DNA from: an archaeon
GTDB taxonomy: Archaea > Thermoproteota > Nitrososphaeria > Nitrososphaerales > Gagatemarchaeaceae
Direction of reading: 5' to 3'
DNA: 64,000 bases
Assembly (NCBI GenBank): GCA_021848045.1
Contig: JAJZNC010000004.1
Span: 8,611-72,610, forward strand
Every line of letters starts with the position of its first letter. The first letter of the stretch is position 1. The notes beneath the pieces are model-generated. The model saw only the letters and a list, made by a program, of their open reading frames with translations. It made no database searches and was not told where the DNA came from. Made by a program: the position numbers and the translations under genes. Shown one piece after another: positions 8,570 to 17,756 of this stretch.

Positions 8570-9838
8570 ATGGACCTCTCTCAGCCGCGCGGCATCCGCG
8601 ACATCGGGCCCGACGAGTTCGACCTGCACCTGAAGATAAGGAGGGCGTTCGAGGACGTCGCCCGCGCGTACAACTTTCGGCTGATGGAGCCCGGCCCGCT
8701 CGAGAGCCTCGCGATCCTCAGGGCCAAGAGCGGGGCGCAGGTCGACGAGCAGATCTACGCCTTCAAGGACAAGGGGGGCCGGGACCTCGGTCTGAGGTTC
8801 GACCTGACCGTTGGGATGACGCGCGGGGTCTCGTCGAACAAGGGGGTGAAGCCCCCGATCAAGCTCGCCTCGTACGGCGGGGTGTGGCGATACGACGAGC
8901 CGCAGCACGCCAGGTACCGCTGGTTCTACCAGTGGGACGTGGAGATATTCGGGGACAACGGCGTGGAGTCTGACGCAGAGGTGATGGACCTCTGCTACAA
9001 CCTCTTCAAGAAGGTCGGCCTCCAGGACTTCTCCCTCGAGATAGGTGACCGCCGCGTCGTAGAGGAGTACGTCAGGAAGTCGATGGGCGTCGCCTCCGAC
9101 GAGAAGGCGCTGGAGATGATGAGGGCGCTCGACAAGGTCCAGAAGAAGACGGAGGAGGAGCTGGTCGAGGAGTACTCGGGGAAGGGCGTCGGGAGGGAGG
9201 CGCTGTCGGAGCTCCTGCGCTTCGGCAGGACGAGGGGGCCGCCTGACGCTGTCTGCGCGCGCCTGGACGAGCTCGGGCTCTCGAGCGCGGGAGGCCTCGC
9301 CTCGCTGCGCGACTCCCTGAGGTCTCGCGGGATACAGGGCGCGGAGTACAACCTGAGCATCGTGAGGGGCCTGGACTACTACACGGGCATCGTGTTCGAG
9401 GTGGTCGACAGGAGGCGCCCCGACCTGGGCTCCCTCTGCGGAGGCGGGAGGTACGACGCGCTCCCGAAGCTCTTCGGGCGGCCGGACCTCCCCGCGACCG
9501 GGGCTGCCGGAGGGGTCGAGCGGATCGCCCTCTCCCTCGGAGGCGGCGCGGCCGCGGACACAGAGTCGGTCTATGTGGCGTACACCGAGCCCGCCCTTGC
9601 AGACAAGTCCCTCCAGATGGTCTCGGCGCTCAGGGGGGCGGGGATAAGGAGCGAGCTGGGCGCCCGGGGGAGGAGCCTGGGGAAGCAGCTGGAGGACGCG
9701 AGCTCGAGGAGGTTCTCGTGGGTGGCCATCGTCGGGAGGAGGGAGCTCGAGTCAGGGCAGCTCGTCCTGAGGAACATGAGGACCAGGGAGGAGGAGAAGG
9801 TTCCCGTGGACGGGCTCGTCGCCAGGTTCGAGCGCTGA
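8570..9838 (+). CDS. hisS: Histidyl-tRNA synthetase
   Basis: Class II motifs: LRFDLTVGMTR, WRYDEPQ..RYRWFYQWDVE, GGGRYD..ATGAAGGVERI, plus a C-terminal anticodon-binding domain. The ATG abuts the rfcS stop. Confidence 0.9.
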   Translation: MDLSQPRGIRDIGPDEFDLHLKIRRAFEDVARAYNFRLMEPGPLESLAILRAKSGAQVDEQIYAFKDKGGRDLGLRFDLTVGMTRGVSSNKGVKPPIKLASYGGVWRYDEPQHARYRWFYQWDVEIFGDNGVESDAEVMDLCYNLFKKVGLQDFSLEIGDRRVVEEYVRKSMGVASDEKALEMMRALDKVQKKTEEELVEEYSGKGVGREALSELLRFGRTRGPPDAVCARLDELGLSSAGGLASLRDSLRSRGIQGAEYNLSIVRGLDYYTGIVFEVVDRRRPDLGSLCGGGRYDALPKLFGRPDLPATGAAGGVERIALSLGGGAAADTESVYVAYTEPALADKSLQMVSALRGAGIRSELGARGRSLGKQLEDASSRRFSWVAIVGRRELESGQLVLRNMRTREEEKVPVDGLVARFER

Positions 9839-9843
9839 GGGCG

Positions 9844-12800
9844 CTAGCCGAGCCTCTTCGGGGGGGACCTCGCGCAGAGGAGGACTGCCATCCCCTCCTC
9901 GACCGTGGTCAGGAACGGGACCTGCAGCTCGACCGCCTTGCGGCGGACCTTGTAGAGGTCCCTCCTCGTCTTGTTGAGGTTGGTGCTGAGGGAGATGACG
10001 AGGGCGGCCTTCCCGCTGCCAACCATCTCGAGCATCTCGTCCACCGTGGCGGCCCTGGCCGCCCCCCCGAGCGAGGCGGCGGTCTCCGGGTTGGACACGA
10101 AATCTATCCCGGCGCTCTTGAACCCCTCGAGCATCGACCTGGCGCCTGATGTGTCGGAGCTCTCGTCGGCGAGGATTATCCCCGCGTCGCCCTTGGAGGG
10201 GATCCTCAGCCCCGACGCGATGAGCGCCCTGCTCATCGCCTCGGAGAGGGTCGCCCCGAAGCAGGCCACCTCGCCGGTCGACCGCATCTCTACGCCTATC
10301 GTGGGGTCTGCCCCCTCCATCTGCATGAACGAGAACTGGGGCGCCTTCACAGCGAACTGCTCCGGCTCAGCGACGTCCCCCATCCCAGCAAGTGACCCTC
10401 CGAGTATCACGGAGGCGGCGAGCTTGATGAGGTTGGCCCCCGTGGCCTTCGAGACGAACGGGAGCGACCTCGATGCCCTGAGGTTGCACTCGATGACCTG
10501 GACGTCGTCCTTGACCACCAGGTACTGGATGTTGAAGGGCCCCCTGACCCCGAGCTCCTTCGCGATCGCCCGCGTGTACGCCCTTATCTTGTCCTTGGCC
10601 TCCCCGGAGACCGAGACCGTCGGTATCGTCATTATCGCGTCCCCCGAGTGGACCCCTGCCTTCTGGACGTGCTCCATGATGGCGCCGATCACGGTGGTCT
10701 CGCCGTCAGAGACGGCGTCCACCTCCACCTCCTTGGCGTCCTCGAAGAACTTGCTTATCGTGACCGGGTAGTTCGGGTTGACCTCGGCAGCCTTTGCGAG
10801 GAAGCTCTCGAGCTCCCTGCTCCCCCAGATCACCCTCATGGCAGAGCCGCTCAGGACGTGCGACGGCCTCACTATCACCGGGTACCCTACCCTGTCGCAG
10901 AACTGGCGCGCCTGCTTCATCGACCTGAAGCTCCCCCACGCCGGCTGGGGGATGCCTATCTTGTCGAGGAGGAAGGCGAACCTCTCCCTGTCCTCCGCCC
11001 TCTCTATCGAGTCGGCGCTTGTCCCCATGACCCTCACCCCCTTCTTGTCCAGCTCGAGGGCCAGGTCGTTCGGGGTCTGGCCGCCGACGCAGAGCACCGC
11101 GCCGAGCGGCTTCTCCCTCTCGTAGATCGAGAGGACCCTCTCCGCCGTGAGCTCCTCGAAGTAGAGCCGGTCGCTCATGTCAAAGTCCGTGGAGACGGTC
11201 TCGGGGTTGCAGTTGACCACCACGACCTCGTCCACCTTCCCGCTCTCCTTGAGGGCCCAGGCCATGTTCATCGTCCCCCAGTCGAACTCCACGGAGCTGC
11301 CTATCCTGTAGGGACCGGCTCCCAGCACCATCACCTTCCTCTTCTCGCTCGGCTTCGCCTCGTCGGCGGACGCGCTGTAAGTGACGTAGAGGTAGTTCGT
11401 CCTGGCGGGCCACTCCGCGGCCAGGGTGTCTATCGCCTTCACCTTCGGGGTTATCCCCATCCTCTCGCGCATCGCCCGGACATCGTCCTCGTCGATGTCG
11501 ACCGCGTTGGCCACCTGCTTGTCGGAGAACCCCAGCCGCTTGGCCTCGCTGAGCACCTCGGGGTCGCGGTCGACCCCCTCCCTTCCGCTCGTCTCCACCC
11601 TGCGGTAGGCGTCGACTATGTTCTTGAGCTTCGAGACGAACCACGGGTCGATGACGCTCAGCCTGGAGACCTCCTCCTCGGGGATGCCGACCATGAGCGC
11701 CTCTACCACGTCGAAGATTATCTGGTCTGTCGGGTTGCGGAGCCTCTTCTTCAGCACCTCGAGGTCGTCCTCCTCGACCAGCCTGCGTATCACACCGTCG
11801 TACCTTATGTTGAGCATCCTCGACGCCTTCTGGACGGCCTCCTCGAAGCCGCGCCCGATCGCCATCACCTCCCCTATGGACTTCATCGCCGTCCCTATCC
11901 CCCTCGAGGCGCCCTCGAACTTCTTGGTGTCCCACCTGGGCATCTTGAGGACGCAGTAGTCCAGGGACGGCTCGAACATGGCGGTGGTCACGCCGGTGAC
12001 CTTGTTCTTCAGCTCGGTGAGCGAGTACCCGAGGCAGATCTTGGCGGCGATGTACGCGATGGGGTAGCCCGTGGCCTTGGAGGCCAGGGCAGACGACCTA
12101 GAGAGGCGGGCGTTGATCTCTATCGCGCGGTACGTCTCCGACCTGGGCTCGAGGGCGAACTGCATGTTGCACTCCCCGACTATCCCGCACCTCCTGGCAG
12201 ACTTCAGGGCGAGCGAGCGCAGCATGTGGTACTCCCTGTTGGTGATGGTCTGGGATGGCGCGACCACGATGTTGTCGCCGGTGTGCACCCTCATGCTCAG
12301 GACGTTCTCCATGTTGCAGACGATCTGCCCGTTGTCGTCGGCGTCGCGCATGACCTCGTACTCGATCTGCTTCCAGTGGCCGATGTACTCCTCGATCAGG
12401 ACCTGGTGGGCCATGCTCAGGTTCAGCCCCCTCTGGACTATCTCGTCGAGCTCTCTGGCGTTGTGGGCGACGCCGCCGCCCCTCCCTCCCAGCGTGTAGG
12501 CCACCCTCATTATCACGGGGTAGCCGAGCTCCTTCACCACCGAGCGTGCCTCGTCGACGGAGTAGGCCGGCTTGCTCCTGGGGCAGGCAACCCCGATCTC
12601 GGTCATCGTGTCCTTGAAGAGCTGCCGGTCCTCGGTGATCTCGATCCCCTTGACCTGGGTGCCCAGGACCTTGACGCCGTACTTCGAGAGGACCCCTGCC
12701 CTCGAGATGGCGACCCCGCAGTTGAGCGCCGTCTGGCCCCCGAACCCGAGGAGTATCGCGTCCGGCCTCTCTTTCTCGATGATCTGGGTCACAAAGTCCG

Positions 12801-13017
12801 GGTTGACGGGCAGGAAGTGGATCTTGTCCGCCATCCTCGCGTCGGTCTGGATCGTCGCGATGTTCGGGTTGACGAGGATCGAGCGTATACCCTCCTCCCT
12901 CAAGGCCTTTAGGCATTGGCTACCGGAGTAGTCGAACTTGCGGCCGCCTTTTCAGCGGCTCTCGCCTGCTTCTCCGATCTTTATTGCCCCGCTCCCCAGT
13001 ACAAGCGCACTCTTCAC
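9844..13017 (-). CDS. carB: Carbamoyl-phosphate synthase large subunit, interrupted by an in-frame TGA (12952-12954) within a 24-nt insertion
   Basis: The track ORF 9844..12903 shows two ATP-grasp halves (RLSRSSALASKATGYPIA etc.) but lacks the N-terminus. The same frame continues upstream as [42 protein letters not shown]. The GTG at 13017 overlaps the carA stop (GTGA). Confidence 0.85.
12937..12960 (-). other. Candidate bulge-helix-bulge mini-intron (24 nt) in carB mRNA
   Basis: The RNA is AGCCGCUGAAAAGGCGGCCGCAAG. The intron helix is GCCGC/GCGGC and the central helix is GGCG/CGCA (3 WC pairs plus G.A). These are flanked by 3-nt bulges AGA and AGU on opposite strands. Excision joins GAG|UUC and restores EAGEFDYSG. 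See findings. Confidence 0.45.
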
Positions 13018-14192
13018 GCTTTCATGCTTCGAACTCTCTCACCCGCCGCGCTCTTCTTCTGAGCTAGCATCATCTCTGCGAACCTGTCGAAGACGAACTC
13101 CGTGTCGTACGGCCCCGGTGCTGCCTCGGGGTGGAACTGGACGGCGATCGCGGGCTTGCTCACGTGGAAGAGCCCCTCGACGCTCCTGTCGTCCCCGTTG
13201 ACGAACCACGGCTTCAGCTCCGTCTTCGAAAGCGACTCCGGGTCGACCGCGTAGCCGTGGTTCTGGCTGGTGACGTACCCCCTTCCAGACGTGGTCTCGA
13301 CCACGGGCTTGTTCTGGCCGCGGTGCCCGTACTTCAGCTTGTACGTCTCCCCGCCCTGAGACATCCCGAGCACCTGCTCGCCGAGGCATATCCCCAGGAC
13401 AGGCACCCCCGAGTCGACGAGCCTCGAAGTGGCCTTCACGGTCTCGGCGCACAGGCGCGGGTCTCCCGGGCCGTTGCTCACTATCACCCCGGCCGGGTCG
13501 TGCTTCATGATCTCCGCGTAGGGCGAGTCGAACGGCACCCTCACCACGGAGTAGCCCCTCCCGAGCATGTTCCTGATTATGCTCTCCTTCACCCCGCAGT
13601 CCACGACCACCATCTTCTTGTCCGATATCCCGTACGCCGCCGGCCTGCTCACGGAGACCTGCTTCACGTAGTCGACCGAGTCGTAGCGGGCAGACCTCTC
13701 CAGGAGCCTCTTGAGCTCCCTCCTGCTCGGGGGCTCGCGGCCCGTCGCCAGCGCGCACATCATCACTCCCCGCTCCCTGATGGTGGTCACCAGGGCGCGA
13801 GTGTCAACGCCCTCTATGCCTGGGACGCCCTGGTCCTCCATCCATCGGGAGAGCGTCTGGACGGACGCCCAGTGGCTCGGCCTGGCGCAGTGCTCCTGGA
13901 CTACTATGCCCGTCACCTTGACGCTCGCCGACTCGAAATAGCGGGGGAGGCCGAAGACGTCCTTCTCCTCCATGCTCGGGACTCCGTAGTTCCCGATGAG
14001 GGGGTAGGTGAAGCAGAGCACCTGGCCGGAGTACGAGGGGTCGGTCATCGACTCGGGATAGCCGACCATCCCCGTGTTGAACACGAGCTCGCCTACCACG
14101 GTCGCCTCCGCGCCGAATCCCGTTCCGAGGAGGAGCGTCCCGTCCTCAAGAAGGAGAAAGGCGGGCCTGCTCCCCTCTGGTTTTTCCATCAC
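13014..14192 (-). CDS. carA: Carbamoyl-phosphate synthase small (glutaminase) subunit
   Basis: GATase-I motifs LGICLGEQVL (Cys nucleophile), HGHRGQNKPV and FHPEAAPGP. The start is GTG 14192 or ATG 14189. Confidence 0.93.
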   Translation of the reverse strand: MMEKPEGSRPAFLLLEDGTLLLGTGFGAEATVVGELVFNTGMVGYPESMTDPSYSGQVLCFTYPLIGNYGVPSMEEKDVFGLPRYFESASVKVTGIVVQEHCARPSHWASVQTLSRWMEDQGVPGIEGVDTRALVTTIRERGVMMCALATGREPPSRRELKRLLERSARYDSVDYVKQVSVSRPAAYGISDKKMVVVDCGVKESIIRNMLGRGYSVVRVPFDSPYAEIMKHDPAGVIVSNGPGDPRLCAETVKATSRLVDSGVPVLGICLGEQVLGMSQGGETYKLKYGHRGQNKPVVETTSGRGYVTSQNHGYAVDPESLSKTELKPWFVNGDDRSVEGLFHVSKPAIAVQFHPEAAPGPYDTEFVFDRFAEMMLAQKKSAAGERVRSMKA

Positions 14193-14224
14193 GTCTCTTA
14201 AGGAAGAAAAGTTCCGGTTGTTCC

Positions 14225-14233
14225 TTTTTTAAA
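14225..14233 (-). promoter_or_regulatory. TATA box for carA-carB
   Basis: The minus strand reads CCTTTAAAAAAGG, centred about 40 nt upstream of the carA ATG. Confidence 0.45.
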
Positions 14234-14285
14234 GGCTTTGACCAGATTCGGGGCAACATCCGGATTTCGTGGCCGATTACCAGTT

Positions 14286-15014
14286 TCAAGCCTGGCCGTT
14301 CGTCTCGATCCGCTTCCTCTCCTCTGTGATAAGGTCGGTCAGCGAGGTGAAGGCCTTCCCGACCTCCTTCATCCTGACCACGATGATGGTGTCGGTGTGG
14401 CAGCTGACGGTGTCCTCGATGTTGACGTGCCTCCTTGCTATCTGGTTGTAGAAGTTGATCAGGCAGCCTGGGGTGTTGGTGATCTCCTGCGGGCTCTGGA
14501 CGATTATCGCCGCGTAGTCGTCCCCCTCCTCCAGGACCGCGGAGTCGGAGAGCCTGCTCCTGACTTTCTTGTGCAGCTTCTGGTCGAAGATGAGCGTGAT
14601 GTTCGAGATGCTCTCCGAGACGTGGAGGAAGTCCTGCTGGTGGCTCGCAAGGAGGGAGCTCACCACGTCGAGGGTCTTCCTGGTCTTCTCGACGGAGATC
14701 TTGGACACGTTGGTCCTGACGTTCACGACGCTGTCGGCGATGATGGCCCTGATCTCCGCCGACGCTGGGGAGTACGTCCCCTTGAGCCTCTTGAGCGAGG
14801 TGATTATGCTCTCTACGTTGACCTCCTTCCCGAGGCGCTCCTTGAGCCTTGGCTGGAGCATCCTCGCTATGGCGCTTATGTTCGCGTAGTCCCTCGCCAG
14901 CGCGTCCTGCACGGAAAGGTCGTAGCTGATCTCGTCCCTGACTGCCGCGATTATGGCGCCCGGGCTGACCGATTTCGTGTCAGGACCCCTCTGATTTGGG
15001 ACGCTGCTGGCCAA
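14286..15014 (-). CDS. Uncharacterised protein, possible HTH N-terminus plus ACT-like C-terminal domain (putative amino-acid-responsive regulator)
   Basis: 242-aa ORF with genome-typical GC3 codon usage. The C-terminal AAIIVQSP..CLINFYNQIARRHVNIEDTVSCHTDTIIVVRMKE resembles an ACT beta-alpha-beta-beta-alpha-beta unit. Function is inferred only. The true start is uncertain because the shared TATA lies only about 8 nt from TTG 15014. Confidence 0.5.
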   Translation of the reverse strand: MASSVPNQRGPDTKSVSPGAIIAAVRDEISYDLSVQDALARDYANISAIARMLQPRLKERLGKEVNVESIITSLKRLKGTYSPASAEIRAIIADSVVNVRTNVSKISVEKTRKTLDVVSSLLASHQQDFLHVSESISNITLIFDQKLHKKVRSRLSDSAVLEEGDDYAAIIVQSPQEITNTPGCLINFYNQIARRHVNIEDTVSCHTDTIIVVRMKEVGKAFTSLTDLITEERKRIETNGQA

Positions 15015-15018
15015 AATC

Positions 15019-15026
15019 TATAAAAG
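15019..15026. promoter_or_regulatory. TATA box (TATAAAAG) for argG, possibly bidirectional
   Basis: Centred about 33 nt upstream of the argG TTG at 15056, implying a leaderless or near-leaderless mRNA. The reverse complement CTTTTATA faces the divergent 14286..15014 gene. Confidence 0.55.
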
Positions 15027-15055
15027 GATTTCAGCGAGGGTCCGGAACTCTCTCG

Positions 15056-16309
15056 TTGAAGCAGAAGATAGTGTTGGCCTACTCGGGAGGCCTGGACACT
15101 TCGGTCTCGATAAAGTGGCTCCAGGAGAAGTACGGGGCCGACGTCGTCACGCTGACGCTCAACCTCGGCCAGAAGGAGGACTTCAAGGAGATCGAGGAAC
15201 GCGCGTACTCGACGGGGGCGGTCAAGCACTTCCAGATGGACGCGCGGGAGGAGTTCGCCAAGGGCTACGTCTTCCCCTCGATAAAGGCCAACGGGATGTA
15301 CCAGGGCAGGTACCCTCTCGCGACCGCCCTCGGGCGCCCGCTCATCGCCACCAAGCTCGTCGAGGTGGCCGAGAGCGAAGGGGCGCACGCGGTCGCCCAC
15401 GGTTGCACCGGGAAGGGCAACGACCAGGTACGGATGGACGTCACCGTGCGCTCGCTGAACCCGTCGATCAGGGTGATCGCCCCCGTGAGGGAGTGGAACA
15501 TGAGCCGCGACGCTGAGATCGTCTACGCCCGGAAGCACGGGATCAACATCAAGCCCAAAAAGTCGGTCTTCAGCACCGACCAGAACCTCTGGGGTCGCTC
15601 GATAGAGAGCGGGCCGCTCGAGGACCCGGACACCGAGCCCCCGCCGGAGGCGTTCGAATGGGTCTCCGCGGTCGACGCGTCGCCCGACTCCCCCGGATAC
15701 CTGACGATAGGGTTCGAGGCAGGCCTACCCGTATCGCTCGACGGGAGGAAGCTGGACGGCGTCGAACTGATACGGAGGGTCAACGAGTTCGCGGGCAAGC
15801 ACGCCTACGGGATAGTCGACCACATCGAGGACAGGCTGGTCGGGATAAAGTCCAGGGAGGTCTACGAGTGCCCGGGGGCGCTCGCGATTATCGAGGCGCA
15901 CCGCGACCTCGAGCAGCTGGTCCTCACGAGGACGGAGCTGGCCTTCAAGGCCGCCGTCGAGCGCGAGTGGTCGTGGCTGGTCTACTCGGGGCTCTGGATG
16001 GAGCCGCTCCGTTTCGACCTGGACGCCTTCATCGGGGAGACCCAGAAGAGGGCAGACGGCGAGGTGAGGCTAAAGTTCCACAAGGGCGGGATGCGGATAG
16101 TCGGGCGCTCGTCCCCGAACTCGCTGTACCGTTTGAAGCTCTCCACATACTCGAAGGAGTCGACCTTCGACCAGAACTCGGCGGTCGGCTTCATCGAGCT
16201 GTGGGGGCTGCAGTCGAGGACCGCCGCGAGCGCCGCGGCCTCGAAGACCCGTGGGAGGACACAACGTGAACAACATACTGAGAGGAAGCAGAATCAGGCG
16301 GTCAAGTAA
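15056..16309 (+). CDS. argG: Argininosuccinate synthase
   Basis: (M)KQKIVLAYSGGLDTS ATP-PPase motif plus family-typical GCTGKGNDQVR. The track ORF is trimmed to TTG 15056. The 3' end overlaps argH by about 45-59 nt. Confidence 0.92.
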   Translation: MKQKIVLAYSGGLDTSVSIKWLQEKYGADVVTLTLNLGQKEDFKEIEERAYSTGAVKHFQMDAREEFAKGYVFPSIKANGMYQGRYPLATALGRPLIATKLVEVAESEGAHAVAHGCTGKGNDQVRMDVTVRSLNPSIRVIAPVREWNMSRDAEIVYARKHGINIKPKKSVFSTDQNLWGRSIESGPLEDPDTEPPPEAFEWVSAVDASPDSPGYLTIGFEAGLPVSLDGRKLDGVELIRRVNEFAGKHAYGIVDHIEDRLVGIKSREVYECPGALAIIEAHRDLEQLVLTRTELAFKAAVEREWSWLVYSGLWMEPLRFDLDAFIGETQKRADGEVRLKFHKGGMRIVGRSSPNSLYRLKLSTYSKESTFDQNSAVGFIELWGLQSRTAASAAASKTRGRTQREQHTERKQNQAVK

Positions 16310-17756
16310 GGAAGCCAACGACTTCACCTCGTCGGTCGGCTTCGACGGCCCGCTCAGCGGGCACGTGGTGAAGATCAACATGGCCCACATGGTCTCCCTC
16401 GTAAAGTCCGGGGAGGTGGGCCAGAAGGAGGGGGCGGCGTGCCTCGCCTTCCTCTCGGGCCTCCCGACCAAGATGGACCTCGACCCGTCGACCGAGGACG
16501 TCCACCACTGGCTGGAGCAGAAGGCGATAGCCTCGGTCGGGATCGACGCCGCAGGATACCTGAACCTAGGCAAGAGCCGGAACGACCAGGTCGCGACGGC
16601 CCTGAGGATGGAGGTCAGGGAGAGGGTCATAGGGATCGTCGGGCGCGCGAAGCGTCTGGAGGCGTCGCTGCTGAAGGTGATGGCCCGGTACGGGAACCTC
16701 CCGCTCCCCGGGTACACTCACCTCCAGCGCGCTCAGCCGACCACCGTCTTCCATCACATGCAGTCTCACTTCGAGGCAGTCGAGGAGGACGTCGAGCGGC
16801 TGACGCAGCTCTACGCCAGGGTCAACCTCTCTCCGATGGGGGCCGCGGCCTTCGCCGGGACATCGGTGAAGGTCGACAGGGCGGCCGTCGCCTCGCTCCT
16901 GGGCTTCGACGGGCTCGTGGGGAACTCGATGTTCGCGGTCTCGTCGAGAGGGTTCCTCCTGGAGACCGTCTCGGTACTCGAGCTGCTGATGGTCGACCTG
17001 AGCAAGATGGCAGAGGAGCTCGTGCTGTGGAGCTCGACCGAGTTCGGCTTCGTGGAGCTCGGGGACGAGTACTCCGCCACGAGCAGCATCATGCCCCAGA
17101 AGAAGAACCCCGTGGTGGCCGAGACCATCAGGGCCAAGTGCGGCTCCGTGATAGGCGAGGCGACCGCGGCCTTCTCGATAGCGAAGGCTCTTCCCAACGC
17201 CTACAACCTCGACCTCCAGGAGATGACCCCGCACCTCTGGCGCGCGCTCGACGACACGGCTTCCTCCGTCTCGCTGATGGCCGCGATGCTCGCCTCCGTC
17301 AGGTTCGACCCAGCCCGCCTCAACGAGACGGTGGGGGAGGGGATGTCAACCGCGACCGAGCTGGCGAACGAGCTCGTCCGCGCCCACGGCGTAAGCTTCC
17401 GCGGGGCCCACCAGATCGTGGGTGAGCTCGTCCGCTCGGCCGTCGAGGACGGGACGACCCTCGAGGGGTCGGCGGAGGCCCGCCTCGCCGAGGTGAGCGA
17501 AAGGGTGACGGGTCGCGCGATAAAGATTGATAAAGCGCGCCTGCGAGCGGTCCTCGATGCACTCAAAACCCTGACGCTTGTCGGGAGCTCCGGCGGCGCC
17601 AACCCGAAGTTCGCCGCCCGGCAGATGGTGCAGGACAAGAAAGAAATAGAGAAACTCAGCGATTGGCTCGAAGAGAAAGAGAACAAACTCAATGAATCTA
17701 CGAAAAGTCTTCGCGGCGAAGTCCGCTCGTGCATGAGACGAGAGGTGAGAAGCTAG
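16251..17756 (+). CDS. argH: Argininosuccinate lyase
   Basis: Fumarate-lyase signature TSSIMPQKKNP. The start is GTG 16251 or GTG 16266. Confidence 0.9.
   Translation: MGGHNVNNILRGSRIRRSSKEANDFTSSVGFDGPLSGHVVKINMAHMVSLVKSGEVGQKEGAACLAFLSGLPTKMDLDPSTEDVHHWLEQKAIASVGIDAAGYLNLGKSRNDQVATALRMEVRERVIGIVGRAKRLEASLLKVMARYGNLPLPGYTHLQRAQPTTVFHHMQSHFEAVEEDVERLTQLYARVNLSPMGAAAFAGTSVKVDRAAVASLLGFDGLVGNSMFAVSSRGFLLETVSVLELLMVDLSKMAEELVLWSSTEFGFVELGDEYSATSSIMPQKKNPVVAETIRAKCGSVIGEATAAFSIAKALPNAYNLDLQEMTPHLWRALDDTASSVSLMAAMLASVRFDPARLNETVGEGMSTATELANELVRAHGVSFRGAHQIVGELVRSAVEDGTTLEGSAEARLAEVSERVTGRAIKIDKARLRAVLDALKTLTLVGSSGGANPKFAARQMVQDKKEIEKLSDWLEEKENKLNESTKSLRGEVRSCMRREVRS

Noticed and set aside
12940-12947. 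NotI site (GCGGCCGC) inside the 24-nt carB insertion, raising the idea of a cloning scar or engineered stop cassette
   Set aside because: GC-only octamers are expected by chance in DNA this GC-rich. The insertion has no other vector-like sequence. Its pairing with flanking native codons into a BHB is not what a linker would give. An artefact still needs exclusion by read re-mapping.
16251-16309. The 45-59 nt overlap of argG and argH as a possible frameshift or fusion
   Set aside because: Both proteins have complete conserved cores. The argG tail after ..GFIELWGLQ is merely longer than usual. No frameshift signal was seen.
17754-17756. TAG read-through or pyrrolysine decoding. lysW1 follows argH in frame, and DUF35 follows the thiolase in frame at 44099-44101.
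   Set aside because: TAG terminates many well-defined genes here at conserved C-termini (mcm, rfcS, carB, lysX, lysY, both lysW and others). A reassigned TAG is therefore unlikely. CTG initiation or reinitiation fits better. Occasional read-through cannot be excluded.
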